DNA from: Gemmatimonadales bacterium
GTDB lineage: Bacteria > Gemmatimonadota > Gemmatimonadetes > Gemmatimonadales > GWC2-71-9
Reading direction: 5' to 3'
DNA: 62,117 nucleotides
Assembly (NCBI GenBank): GCA_013694695.1
Contig: JACDBX010000111.1
Location: 1-62,117 of the forward strand
Shown: in pieces, positions 1 to 7,570 of the stretch
Numbering within the stretch: the first letter of the stretch is position 1
Layout: each line of letters opens with the position of its first letter
Made by a program: the position numbers and the translations under genes
Notes under the pieces: generated by a model
The model's input: the letters and a program-made list of their open reading frames with translations, nothing else
Told to the model about the DNA's origin: nothing
The model's database searches: none

Positions 1-2
1 GG

Positions 3-134
3 GCGGGGGGGCGCGGCATACTGCCTCTGGGTTGGAACAACTCCGTGGATGAACCGATGAAGGGGGACGGCATAGGATATGCCCCCTACAATTCGCTGTC
101 AACGGACCCCAACCCCGTGCAGGAAAAACTCTAA
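3..134 (+). CDS. possible 3' end of a CDS entering from upstream of the window (hypothetical)
   Basis: Frame 3 is open from the window edge to TAA at 132-134 with mostly G/C third positions (...LPLGWNNSVDEPMKGDGIGYAPYNSLSTDPNPVQEKL*). No family recognised. Absent from the ORF track because it has no start in the window. Confidence 0.2.
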   Translation, partial: AGGRGILPLGWNNSVDEPMKGDGIGYAPYNSLSTDPNPVQEKL

Positions 135-182
135 CGTGCTGCCGAACCCGGCGCTTTGGCGAGTTGCCCAGCCCGCGGCACG

Positions 183-1247
183 CTAGCCCATCCGTTTACT
201 CGCGTGCGCCTTCGCAATCGCCCCGATCAGCGGTGCCGGATCAAACCGCACCGGGTCGGTGCATGGCAACCCGGTCTCGCGCGCCGCGTCGTCGCATGCC
301 TTCCGCGCAGCCGCCTCGCCCAAGTCGTAGGTGTTCATCGCGATGCCGATCACCTTGGTCGGGTGCACCGCGCTACCGAATTCCTCGTACCATTTCACGT
401 ACTGTGACAGCGGCGGGATCTTGAGCCACGACGCATTCCGGTAGTCACCGATGTACTCGCGGCTCGCCTGATGGCAGAGGATCATCGCATCGGGGCACGA
501 GCCGTGGAGCAGGCCGAGCGTGACGCCGCTGTAGCCCGGGTGGTTGATGCTCCCCTGCCCCTCCACCAACACGACATCCGCCCCTTCGGCGCCCTGCACC
601 GTGATCCGCTCGGCGGCACCGGCAATGAAATCGGCGACCACCGCGTCGACCGCGATCCCCCAGCCCTCGATCATCATCCCGGTCTGCCCGGTGGGGACAA
701 ATCGCGTCTTGACGCCAGATGCATTGAGCTTGTCAACGAGCTGGAGCTGCGCCGTCATCTTCCCGACGTTGCAGTCGGTCCCCACGGTGAGCACCACCAG
801 CGCATCGACCTGCTTGGCCAGTCCCGATGCCACAGGGAGATCGGCAGGCGGACGCCGGATGTCGACGATCGTGCCGCCGTGCTCGCGCGCCGCCTTTGCC
901 AGCAACGGGTCATCAGCGAGGAAAGTGTGCAACCCGCTCACCACACCGCAGCCAGCTTCAAGCGCCTCACGCAGCCACTCACGCCATGCTTCGGGGAGCC
1001 GGCCACCCTGTGGCGCGATTCCCACCAGCACCGAGTTGGCGCCCAGCGCGAGGCCTTCTGCCATGCTCGCTACCACGGGGGTGTCGCCCCCAAACCCAAG
1101 CACGTCCTGCACGGTCTTTCCGGAGAGCTGCCGATCGAGCACCGCTACCACCCGGTCGGGTTGGTAGCGGATGATCGAGTTCGCGGTCTTCGACGTCATC
1201 GGGCCGAAGTCGCCATCGGCCAAAATCAGGTGTCGCGGTGCGTTCAC
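183..1247 (-). CDS. DUF1611 family protein (Rossmann-like N-domain plus P-loop-like C-domain; DgcN-like)
   Basis: 354-aa ORF. The GTG start at 1247 overlaps the pspA stop (GTGA). Sequence resembles the DUF1611 family (VLVEGQGSINHPGYSGVTLGLLHGSCPD, TVGTDCNVGKMT). Confidence 0.8.
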   Translation of the reverse strand: MNAPRHLILADGDFGPMTSKTANSIIRYQPDRVVAVLDRQLSGKTVQDVLGFGGDTPVVASMAEGLALGANSVLVGIAPQGGRLPEAWREWLREALEAGCGVVSGLHTFLADDPLLAKAAREHGGTIVDIRRPPADLPVASGLAKQVDALVVLTVGTDCNVGKMTAQLQLVDKLNASGVKTRFVPTGQTGMMIEGWGIAVDAVVADFIAGAAERITVQGAEGADVVLVEGQGSINHPGYSGVTLGLLHGSCPDAMILCHQASREYIGDYRNASWLKIPPLSQYVKWYEEFGSAVHPTKVIGIAMNTYDLGEAAARKACDDAARETGLPCTDPVRFDPAPLIGAIAKAHASKRMG

Positions 1248-1993
1248 GGCGTACCGATCTCCCCGTCACGCGGCTTGCCGCCCTGGCCGATCTGCTTCGG
1301 TGTCTCGGTGGTGCCCGCCTTGAGCGCGCCCATCTTCGCCTTGAGTTCAAGCAATTGCTGGTCGGAGCTGCCGTGGTACTCGAGCTGCTCGAACTCCTTC
1401 ATCAGGTTGTCGCCAGTGAACTCCTGCTGCAGCTCGGCGGCAGCCAAAGCCTTGCGCTCGTTGTTCTCGATCTTCTCCTGCATCCGCTCGAACGACTCGA
1501 ACGCGCTCTTGTCGCCCATCCCCGACAGCGTGTCCTGGATCCGCTGCGTTGCCTCGGCGCGGCGCGCGCGGGCCACGAGAATGTTCTTCTTGCGCTTCGC
1601 CTCCTCGATCTTGTCGTTGAGCTGGCGGAGCGACTGCTTGAGGGCCTCGGTTTCGGTCTTGCTCTTTGTCCAGGTCTCGTGGAGCTGCTGTGCGCCCTGC
1701 AGCGCCTCGTTGTAGCGCATCAGCGCCTGCTTGGCGAGGTCGTCGCGGCCCTCCTGCACGGCCAGCATGGCGCGCCGCTCCCAGTCCTCCGCCTGCTTCT
1801 TCATCGCCTGCGCGTCGGATTCGAGCTTCTTCTCGTCGGCGATCGCCTGCGCCACCTGCTGGCGGGCCTTGTCGAGCTGGGTGCGCATATCCACGATCAA
1901 CGTCGTCAGCATCTTCTCGGGATTCTCGGCCCGGGAGATGAGGTCGTTGAGGTTCGAGCGCACCATCGTCGCGAAACGTTCAAACATTCCCAT
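1244..1993 (-). CDS. pspA: phage shock protein A / IM30 family protein
   Basis: The N-terminus MGMFERFATMVRSNLNDLISRAENPEKML closely parallels E. coli PspA [28 protein letters not shown]. The protein is coiled-coil rich. GGGAGGGG Shine-Dalgarno lies 8 nt upstream of the ATG at 1993. The track ORF starts at GTG 2002. Confidence 0.9.
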   Translation of the reverse strand: MGMFERFATMVRSNLNDLISRAENPEKMLTTLIVDMRTQLDKARQQVAQAIADEKKLESDAQAMKKQAEDWERRAMLAVQEGRDDLAKQALMRYNEALQGAQQLHETWTKSKTETEALKQSLRQLNDKIEEAKRKKNILVARARRAEATQRIQDTLSGMGDKSAFESFERMQEKIENNERKALAAAELQQEFTGDNLMKEFEQLEYHGSSDQQLLELKAKMGALKAGTTETPKQIGQGGKPRDGEIGTP

Positions 1994-1998
1994 CGTGG

Positions 1999-2385
1999 TC
2001 ACCCCTCCCGGTACGGCGCGAGCGCGCTCACGTGTGACGCGAGAGCGAGCGAGAGCGAATCGACGCTCGCCTCGAACTCGGTGAAGTCGAGATCAGCCAG
2101 CAGCAACGCATCGGTCAGCACCACCACGTCACCCTCCAGGCCATATGAGCCGTGGACCAGGTCGCGGGCATTGTACTCCAGAAGCTGGCGCGACATCGCT
2201 GCCGCTCGTGTGGGATCCGCCGGAATCGGCATCACCCGCACCCGCATGACCAGCACTGGCGGCGCATAGTGCACCACCAGCTCCGCATCCTCGTTGGTTC
2301 GCACAAGCCACATGTCCTCTGCGACCGACTCGACGCTCAAGTCGAGGCGATCGAGGTAGGCCTGCACGTCCTCACACGTCGTCAT
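1999..2385 (-). CDS. YbjN-like (type III secretion chaperone-fold) protein
   Basis: 128-aa ORF from ATG 2385, preceded by GGAGGAG. The acidic alpha/beta protein (MTTCEDVQAYLDRLDL...VVHYAPPVLVMRVRV) resembles the YbjN family. Its stop overlaps the GTG at 2002. The longer track ORF (to 2613) overlaps the upstream gene. Confidence 0.6.
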   Translation of the reverse strand: MTTCEDVQAYLDRLDLSVESVAEDMWLVRTNEDAELVVHYAPPVLVMRVRVMPIPADPTRAAAMSRQLLEYNARDLVHGSYGLEGDVVVLTDALLLADLDFTEFEASVDSLSLALASHVSALAPYREG

Positions 2386-2470
2386 CGAGACTCCTCCGGC
2401 CCGGCGAACCGGGTATTGGTGATCGGGAAACGTAGTGCGGGCCACGACGCCCTCCAACGCAGGCGCGACG

Positions 2471-2818
2471 TCACGGTGCGCCGGGCTGGTCCGGACGACT
2501 CGCCAGCAATCGCTCGGCGAAATCAGTGCGCTCTTCCAGCTCGGCCAAGCGACCGCGGAGTTCATCAAGCTCGGCGTACACCTCAGCCGGGACATCGAGC
2601 ACGCCCGTTTCATGCACCGCGTGACCCGTGATCCGGTGGGCCAGTGCCTGGCCCACGGCGCTGCGGGAAAAAACCCAGAGCCCGCCCAGCGTCATTCCCC
2701 AGATCGGGATCGCCGCCGGGCCAAGAATTCCGGTGACCGCGACCAGCCCGGCCATGAGGAAGAGCGTGGGCCAGCCGAGCCCCATCGGATCGGTGCGGTG
2801 GGCGTCATCGCGGCTCAT
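2471..2818 (-). CDS. small membrane protein, DFAERLL-motif paralog (PspB-like?)
   Basis: 115 aa with two hydrophobic helices, then LDELRGRLAELEERTDFAERLL. ATG 2818 is preceded by GGAGAG. It overlaps the upstream paralog by 14 nt. Confidence 0.7.
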   Translation of the reverse strand: MSRDDAHRTDPMGLGWPTLFLMAGLVAVTGILGPAAIPIWGMTLGGLWVFSRSAVGQALAHRITGHAVHETGVLDVPAEVYAELDELRGRLAELEERTDFAERLLASRPDQPGAP

Positions 2819-3188
2819 TCACGCTCTCCGTGTTGGCGCCCTTGACCAGCATACGCTCGGCGAAATCGAGCCGCCCTTCAAGCTCCATCACGCGCGACTG
2901 CTCGAGCGAGAGCTCATGCAGACGCGCCTCGATGTCCTCGACGCGCATCACCAGCTGGTCGTCGGGAAGGGCATCGCGTTCATCGTCGAGCATTCGGGCG
3001 ATCGCGCGACCGATCGAGCTGCGGACGAATCCCGCAAGCAGCACCATCCCCGCCGCGAGGACCACCAGCGGCATCGGATTGCTTGCGTGCTCCGACTGGT
3101 CGAGCACCACCATCAGGAAGGTGAAGGCTGCCGCGACGATTCCCGCCGTCAACAGGATCCCGAGGCCCCTCGATCGTCCGCCGCTCAT
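2805..3188 (-). CDS. small membrane protein, DFAERLL-motif paralog (PspB-like?)
   Basis: 127 aa with two hydrophobic helices, GRAIARML, then VMELEGRLDFAERML. ATGA overlap with the upstream paralog. GGAGGA Shine-Dalgarno. Confidence 0.7.
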   Translation of the reverse strand: MSGGRSRGLGILLTAGIVAAAFTFLMVVLDQSEHASNPMPLVVLAAGMVLLAGFVRSSIGRAIARMLDDERDALPDDQLVMRVEDIEARLHELSLEQSRVMELEGRLDFAERMLVKGANTESVNEPR

Positions 3189-3493
3189 GATTCCTCCGTG
3201 ACCGGCAGCGCGCCGGGCTTGGCCTGCGTCAGCAACCGTTCCGCGAAATCGACACGCTCCTCCAGTTCGGCAAGGCGGATGAACTGGTTGTCGACCTCGC
3301 CCGACGTGAGCGCGCGATTCTCGATATCCGTCAGCCGCGCCTCGAGGGCCACGATGTGCACGTCATCCGAGCCGCCGCGGCCCTCGATCCGTCTGGCGAA
3401 CGCCTTGATCAGCGGTGTCATCGCCGCCCAGAATGCGACTTGTCCGACACCGATCGCGATCCAGAATGCGAAATCGCCGACGCCATCCCCCAT
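3185..3493 (-). CDS. small membrane protein, DFAERLL-motif paralog (PspB-like?)
   Basis: 102 aa with one hydrophobic helix, IKAFARRI, then LAELEERVDFAERLL. The start overlaps the stop of the upstream mini-ORF (TGATG). AGGAG Shine-Dalgarno. Confidence 0.7.
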   Translation of the reverse strand: MGDGVGDFAFWIAIGVGQVAFWAAMTPLIKAFARRIEGRGGSDDVHIVALEARLTDIENRALTSGEVDNQFIRLAELEERVDFAERLLTQAKPGALPVTEES

Positions 3494-3582
3494 CAGGGTT
3501 GCTCCTGACCGGGCAACTGCGCATGCTGACGCTGCGTCAACAGGCGTTCCGAGAAATCGAGGCGATCCTCCGGCTGCATCAT
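3493..3582 (-). CDS. 29-aa mini-ORF carrying only the motif (MMQPEDRLDFSERLLTQRQHAQLPGQEQP); truncated paralog or micropeptide
   Basis: Not in the ORF track; I translated it by hand. Its ATG overlaps the upstream stop (ATGA at 3579-3582) and its TGA overlaps the downstream ATG. GAGGGG lies 6 nt upstream. Confidence 0.35.
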   Translation of the reverse strand: MMQPEDRLDFSERLLTQRQHAQLPGQEQP

Positions 3583-3860
3583 GTCAGCCCCTCGGTCCGG
3601 GAGGAGCCCGCTGCCTGGTCCGCACCTTTCGCGAGCAGGCGCTCCGCGAAGTCGACTCGTTCATGCAGTTCGGTCATGTCGGCACGTAGGCGATCAAGCT
3701 CATCCCAGACCGCGTGATCGGGCTCGGGGTTCGCCAGCGGCTGGGGGCCGTGCCGCAGGCGATCAGCGAAGGCCCGGCCTACCGGCGACACCGCCAGCAG
3801 GAAGAGCGTACCGCCGCCAAATATGAATGTGATCGCGAGGATGTCTTCCACGAGTCCCAA
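3579..3860 (-). CDS. small membrane protein, DFAERLL-motif paralog (PspB-like?)
   Basis: 93 aa with one hydrophobic helix, GRAFADRL, then MTELHERVDFAERLL. The track start is TTG 3860. GTG 3851, with GGGAG 9 nt upstream, is an equally good start. Confidence 0.7.
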   Translation of the reverse strand: MGLVEDILAITFIFGGGTLFLLAVSPVGRAFADRLRHGPQPLANPEPDHAVWDELDRLRADMTELHERVDFAERLLAKGADQAAGSSRTEGLT

Positions 3861-3927
3861 CTCCCGAATCGAAGTGAACAGGAAGACTTACGCAGCTCGC
3901 CGCGCCGATGTTTCAGTCGGAAACAAC

Positions 3928-4806
3928 CTACTTCCGGGGCTTGAGCTGGACCAGCCGCTCCCGAGCCAGCCGCCGTCCGGTTGGCGTCGCGGCGAGCCCG
4001 CCACCAGCGGTTTCCCGGTACCTGACGTCCATGTCGCGGCCGATCTGCCCCATCGTGTCGACCACCTCATCGACCGGGATCGGGAAGGCGACCCCTGCCA
4101 GCGCCATCTCGATGCCGGCGAGCGCCATCGCCGCGCCGGTGGCATTGCGGTAGACACACGGCACCTCGACCAGCCCGCCGAGCGGGTCGCAGACCAGGCC
4201 GAGCGTTCCCTGCATGGTGAGCGACACGGCGTGCATCGCTTGACGGGGAGTTCCACCGAGAAGCTCGACCCCGGCTGCGGCAGCCATCCCCGCCGCCGCG
4301 CCGGTTTCGGCCTGGCACCCACCTTCGGCGCCTGAGAGCGAGGCGCGCACCGCCACGACGGCGCCCACCAGGCCGGCTGTGGCCAAAGCACGCACCATCG
4401 CGTCGTCATCCAGGTTGTGCCGCCCGGCCAGTCCGAGAAGGACGCCGGGAAGGACTCCGGCGCCGCCTGCGGTCGGTGCGGCGACGATCACGCCCATCGC
4501 TGCGTTGACCTCCTGCACAGCAAGCGCCGCGGATAGTGCGTCGGTGAACACCGTGCCGGCGAGCGGCCCGGTCCCGTTGCGCAGCTTCGCCGCATCTCCG
4601 CCGACCAGCCCCGACACTGAGTAAAGATCTCCCTTGAGGCCACGTTCGACGGCGCCGCGCATCACGTCGAGCGCGCGCTGAAGCCCGTGCTCAACCTGTT
4701 CGCGGGTGCGAAGCCCACCAGCGGCCTCGGTTTCGAGGGCAAGCTCACCCAGCGACACGCCTGCCGCTTCGGCGGCCTCGACGGCTTCCAACAATGAATC
4801 GTACAT
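3928..4806 (-). CDS. sdaAA: L-serine ammonia-lyase (iron-sulfur dependent), alpha subunit
   Basis: 292 aa, collinear with B. subtilis SdaAA (NAAMGVIVAAPTAGGAGVLPG, GGCQAETGAAAGMAAA, GLVCDPLGGLVEVPC). Confidence 0.9.
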   Translation of the reverse strand: MYDSLLEAVEAAEAAGVSLGELALETEAAGGLRTREQVEHGLQRALDVMRGAVERGLKGDLYSVSGLVGGDAAKLRNGTGPLAGTVFTDALSAALAVQEVNAAMGVIVAAPTAGGAGVLPGVLLGLAGRHNLDDDAMVRALATAGLVGAVVAVRASLSGAEGGCQAETGAAAGMAAAAGVELLGGTPRQAMHAVSLTMQGTLGLVCDPLGGLVEVPCVYRNATGAAMALAGIEMALAGVAFPIPVDEVVDTMGQIGRDMDVRYRETAGGGLAATPTGRRLARERLVQLKPRK

Positions 4807-5471
4807 CAGGACACTCGCTCCACGACTCGCAATGTTTTCACCGCCTTGATCGCGCGGATCCGTTCCAGCGCGTCTGGCGTCGGAGGCGAGTCGAGTTCGT
4901 AGATGTGAATGGCATCGCCGCCCTTCTGGCGCCGCGACACCCGCATGGTTGCGAGATTCACCGCTCCCTCCGACAGCGCCGTGGCCACCGACGCGACGAT
5001 CCCCGGCTCATCATGCGCCACAACCACCAGGGTGGGATAGGTGCCGGTGATCTCCACAGGGAAGTTGTCGATCGCGGTAACGAGGATCCGCCCGGCACCC
5101 AGCGATGATCCGGTCATCACCGCGCTGCGTCCTTCACGCCGCACCGTGATCCTCGTGGTGTTCGGATGGTGCTCGCCACGCAGCTTGGTGTTGTCGAACG
5201 TGATCGTCATGCCGGCGCGTTCAGCGTGGTCGAGTGCCTCGCGGATTCGTTCGTCGTCGGGTTGGTAGCCCAGCAGGCCCGCTGCGATGGCGCGGTCGGT
5301 GCCGTGACCAGTGCCGGTGCGTGCGAACGAACCGTGCAACTCCACCTTCGCGGTCTCGGGTGTACCGCCGAGAAGGGCACGCGCGATCAGCCCGAGGCGG
5401 CACGCGCCTGCGGTGTGCGACGATGACGGACCCACCATCACAGGTCCGATGATATCGAGCAGCGAGACCAT
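4806..5471 (-). CDS. sdaAB: L-serine ammonia-lyase (iron-sulfur dependent), beta subunit
   Basis: 221 aa. LLDIIGPVMVGPSSSHTAGACRLG N-terminus plus a C-terminal ACT-like domain. One-nt overlap with the sdaAA start. Confidence 0.9.
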   Translation of the reverse strand: MVSLLDIIGPVMVGPSSSHTAGACRLGLIARALLGGTPETAKVELHGSFARTGTGHGTDRAIAAGLLGYQPDDERIREALDHAERAGMTITFDNTKLRGEHHPNTTRITVRREGRSAVMTGSSLGAGRILVTAIDNFPVEITGTYPTLVVVAHDEPGIVASVATALSEGAVNLATMRVSRRQKGGDAIHIYELDSPPTPDALERIRAIKAVKTLRVVERVS

Positions 5472-5689
5472 CAGGCCACCAACTCCGCGGATCGGATCGC
5501 TTCGAAGGACACCCCGATTTCGGTATCGTCGTCGCCCCCAACCTGCAGGAACACCTCGTGGGCGGTGACATGATCATCGACGCTCACCGGCACCCCCGTG
5601 ACCTCGGTGTCATCGCGCAGCACGAGCCGGACGGGCAGCATGTTCCCATTGGCATAGCCCAGGATCTCGAGGATGGCTTCGGTGGTCAT
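5471..5689 (-). CDS. hypothetical small acidic protein
   Basis: 72-aa ORF. GGAGGG Shine-Dalgarno upstream of the ATG at 5689. Its stop overlaps the sdaAB start. No family recognised. Confidence 0.5.
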   Translation of the reverse strand: MTTEAILEILGYANGNMLPVRLVLRDDTEVTGVPVSVDDHVTAHEVFLQVGGDDDTEIGVSFEAIRSAELVA

Positions 5690-5758
5690 GGTGGGCCCTC
5701 CGCGTCAAAAGACGGTGGCGGTCAGGAGGCGCAAGTCGGTCGGGACGGAATGCATCCC

Positions 5759-7570
5759 TTACCCCTTCAATCTACCCCGATCGCCCGCTGAAAGACCTCC
5801 GCGCGAACCCGTGCCGAACACGTCCTGCGAGCGAGCGAGCGCCTGGACGGCATCGAGGAGGCCATCGAGCTCACTGCGCGCCTTGCGGACGGCGTGCCGA
5901 TATGCAAGGCGCATCCCGCCGAGCGAGAGGCCGCCGACAAGCGCCAGGATGGCGGCGCTGAACGGCAGGGCGAAGAGGAGTGCCCCCTCAGCGATCCCGA
6001 TCCCGATCCCGATCGATGCCCCCACCGACCCGAGTCCGGCACCCATCCCGAATCCGAATTTCGCGTTCTTCCCGATGCCGCCCCTCACATCAGTGGTGAT
6101 CACCAGCTCGCATCGCCTGGGATCGCCGGGCAGCGCATGGAGCGTCACCCGCAGCAGCGTGGCGCCGACGCTGGAGAGGTGATAGCGCAACATGTTCACC
6201 CCGGCGGCCGTGGTCATGTAATCACTCATGGTCATCGGCCGGCTCAGGAACGTGAGCACCCCGCCATCGAGGGGGTGGCCGCCAACCGTGTCACGGAACA
6301 GAAGGTTATGGGGGGCCGCTGGGAGTACCTGGCCGACGGCATCGAGCACCTCGCGCGGGCTCGCGCCGATTACCCGCGACACTCGCAGCGATTGCTCCAC
6401 GTTGCCCAGTACGAAGCGGTCGAACTTCGAGCCGCCTGCCTCCATCCTTGCTGGCAGCGCTGCTTCATCGTCGGGAAGCTCGGCGAGTGCCAGGTGGACG
6501 AACTCTTCGGCGATGCCCGCCTCGACCGCTGCCGCCTCCACGTCGCCCATCCGGTAGCCGCTGGTGGGCGATGAGGAGTGCATGCCGGTCGCAAACTCTT
6601 CCGCCTGTGCGGTGCGTTCCCGCACCCGTCGTGAAGCATCAGCCTGAAGCTGCGCCGCGCGAAGCCAGATTGCCTTGGCCGAGGCCTCATCGAGAACGCG
6701 CTCGGGGGCAGCTTGCGGGCCGCTCTGGACCTCACTCAGCGCCGCCACCAACGCTTCGGCCAGCGCTTCGCCGCTGGGGTACCGCGCGGCGGGGTCCTTC
6801 GCCAGGCACTGCTCCACCACCGCCACCAGCGGTGCCGGCACCGTGGGCGCCACGTCGCGGAGCGACGGCGCCTCGCGCGTGGCCTGCATCAGCAGCACCG
6901 CCGACGCCTGCGGCGCATCGAATGGCAGCTTTCCCGAAAGGAGCTGGTACGCCACCACGCCGAGTGAGTACAGGTCGGCCCTGCCGTCACCGACCTCCCC
7001 TGCGACGCGTTCCGGTGCCATGTAGTGCACCGAGCCCAGCACCATGCCGTCGGCGGTCATGCCCGTTGCACGCGCGTCACGCGCGATGCCGAAATCGGTG
7101 ACCATGACACGACCGGTACCACGCTCGATCATGATGTTCTCCGGCTTGACGTCGCGATGGGTGACGCCGCGCGCATGCGCGTACGCCAGCGCCCACGCCA
7201 CCTCCCGGACGATTCGCACCACGTCGGCCGGCGGGAGTGGGCCCCGCGCCAACAGGCGTTCGGCCGCTGTCTCGCCATCGACGTAGCCCATGGCGAAGAA
7301 CGCCACTCCGTCGAGCTCGTCGGCGCGGAAGATCGGGACGATGTTGGGGTGCGAGAGCTGCGCCGCGGTCCGCGCCTCGCGGAGGAATCGTTCGCGCAGG
7401 TCCGCGTCGCCGGCCATCGCAGGCGGGAGCACCTTCACCGCCACCAGCCGGTCGAGCATCAGTTCGCGCGCCAGCAGGACGATGCCCATGCCACCGCGCC
7501 CGAGTTCGCGCTCGATGGCGTACTGCGACGCCAGGCGGGGGCGGAGCGAGTCGACCGTGGTGTCGTTCAA
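5759..7570 (-). CDS. serine/threonine protein kinase with uncharacterised C-terminal domain and glycine-zipper membrane segments
   Basis: Hanks kinase motifs are present: [27 protein letters not shown]. The only start upstream of the Gly loop is TTG 7570, which overlaps the uvrA stop (TTGA). The rest of the 782-aa track ORF overlaps uvrA and is rejected. Confidence 0.85.
   Translation of the reverse strand: MNDTTVDSLRPRLASQYAIERELGRGGMGIVLLARELMLDRLVAVKVLPPAMAGDADLRERFLREARTAAQLSHPNIVPIFRADELDGVAFFAMGYVDGETAAERLLARGPLPPADVVRIVREVAWALAYAHARGVTHRDVKPENIMIERGTGRVMVTDFGIARDARATGMTADGMVLGSVHYMAPERVAGEVGDGRADLYSLGVVAYQLLSGKLPFDAPQASAVLLMQATREAPSLRDVAPTVPAPLVAVVEQCLAKDPAARYPSGEALAEALVAALSEVQSGPQAAPERVLDEASAKAIWLRAAQLQADASRRVRERTAQAEEFATGMHSSSPTSGYRMGDVEAAAVEAGIAEEFVHLALAELPDDEAALPARMEAGGSKFDRFVLGNVEQSLRVSRVIGASPREVLDAVGQVLPAAPHNLLFRDTVGGHPLDGGVLTFLSRPMTMSDYMTTAAGVNMLRYHLSSVGATLLRVTLHALPGDPRRCELVITTDVRGGIGKNAKFGFGMGAGLGSVGASIGIGIGIAEGALLFALPFSAAILALVGGLSLGGMRLAYRHAVRKARSELDGLLDAVQALARSQDVFGTGSRGGLSAGDRGRLKG

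Noticed and set aside
471-1715. 414-aa plus-strand ORF (and several nested ORFs) across the DUF1611/pspA region
   Set aside because: It is antisense to two genes with clear homology. The translation is low-complexity and Arg/Pro/His/Ala-rich with no recognisable domain. This is a typical mirror-frame artefact of very high GC.
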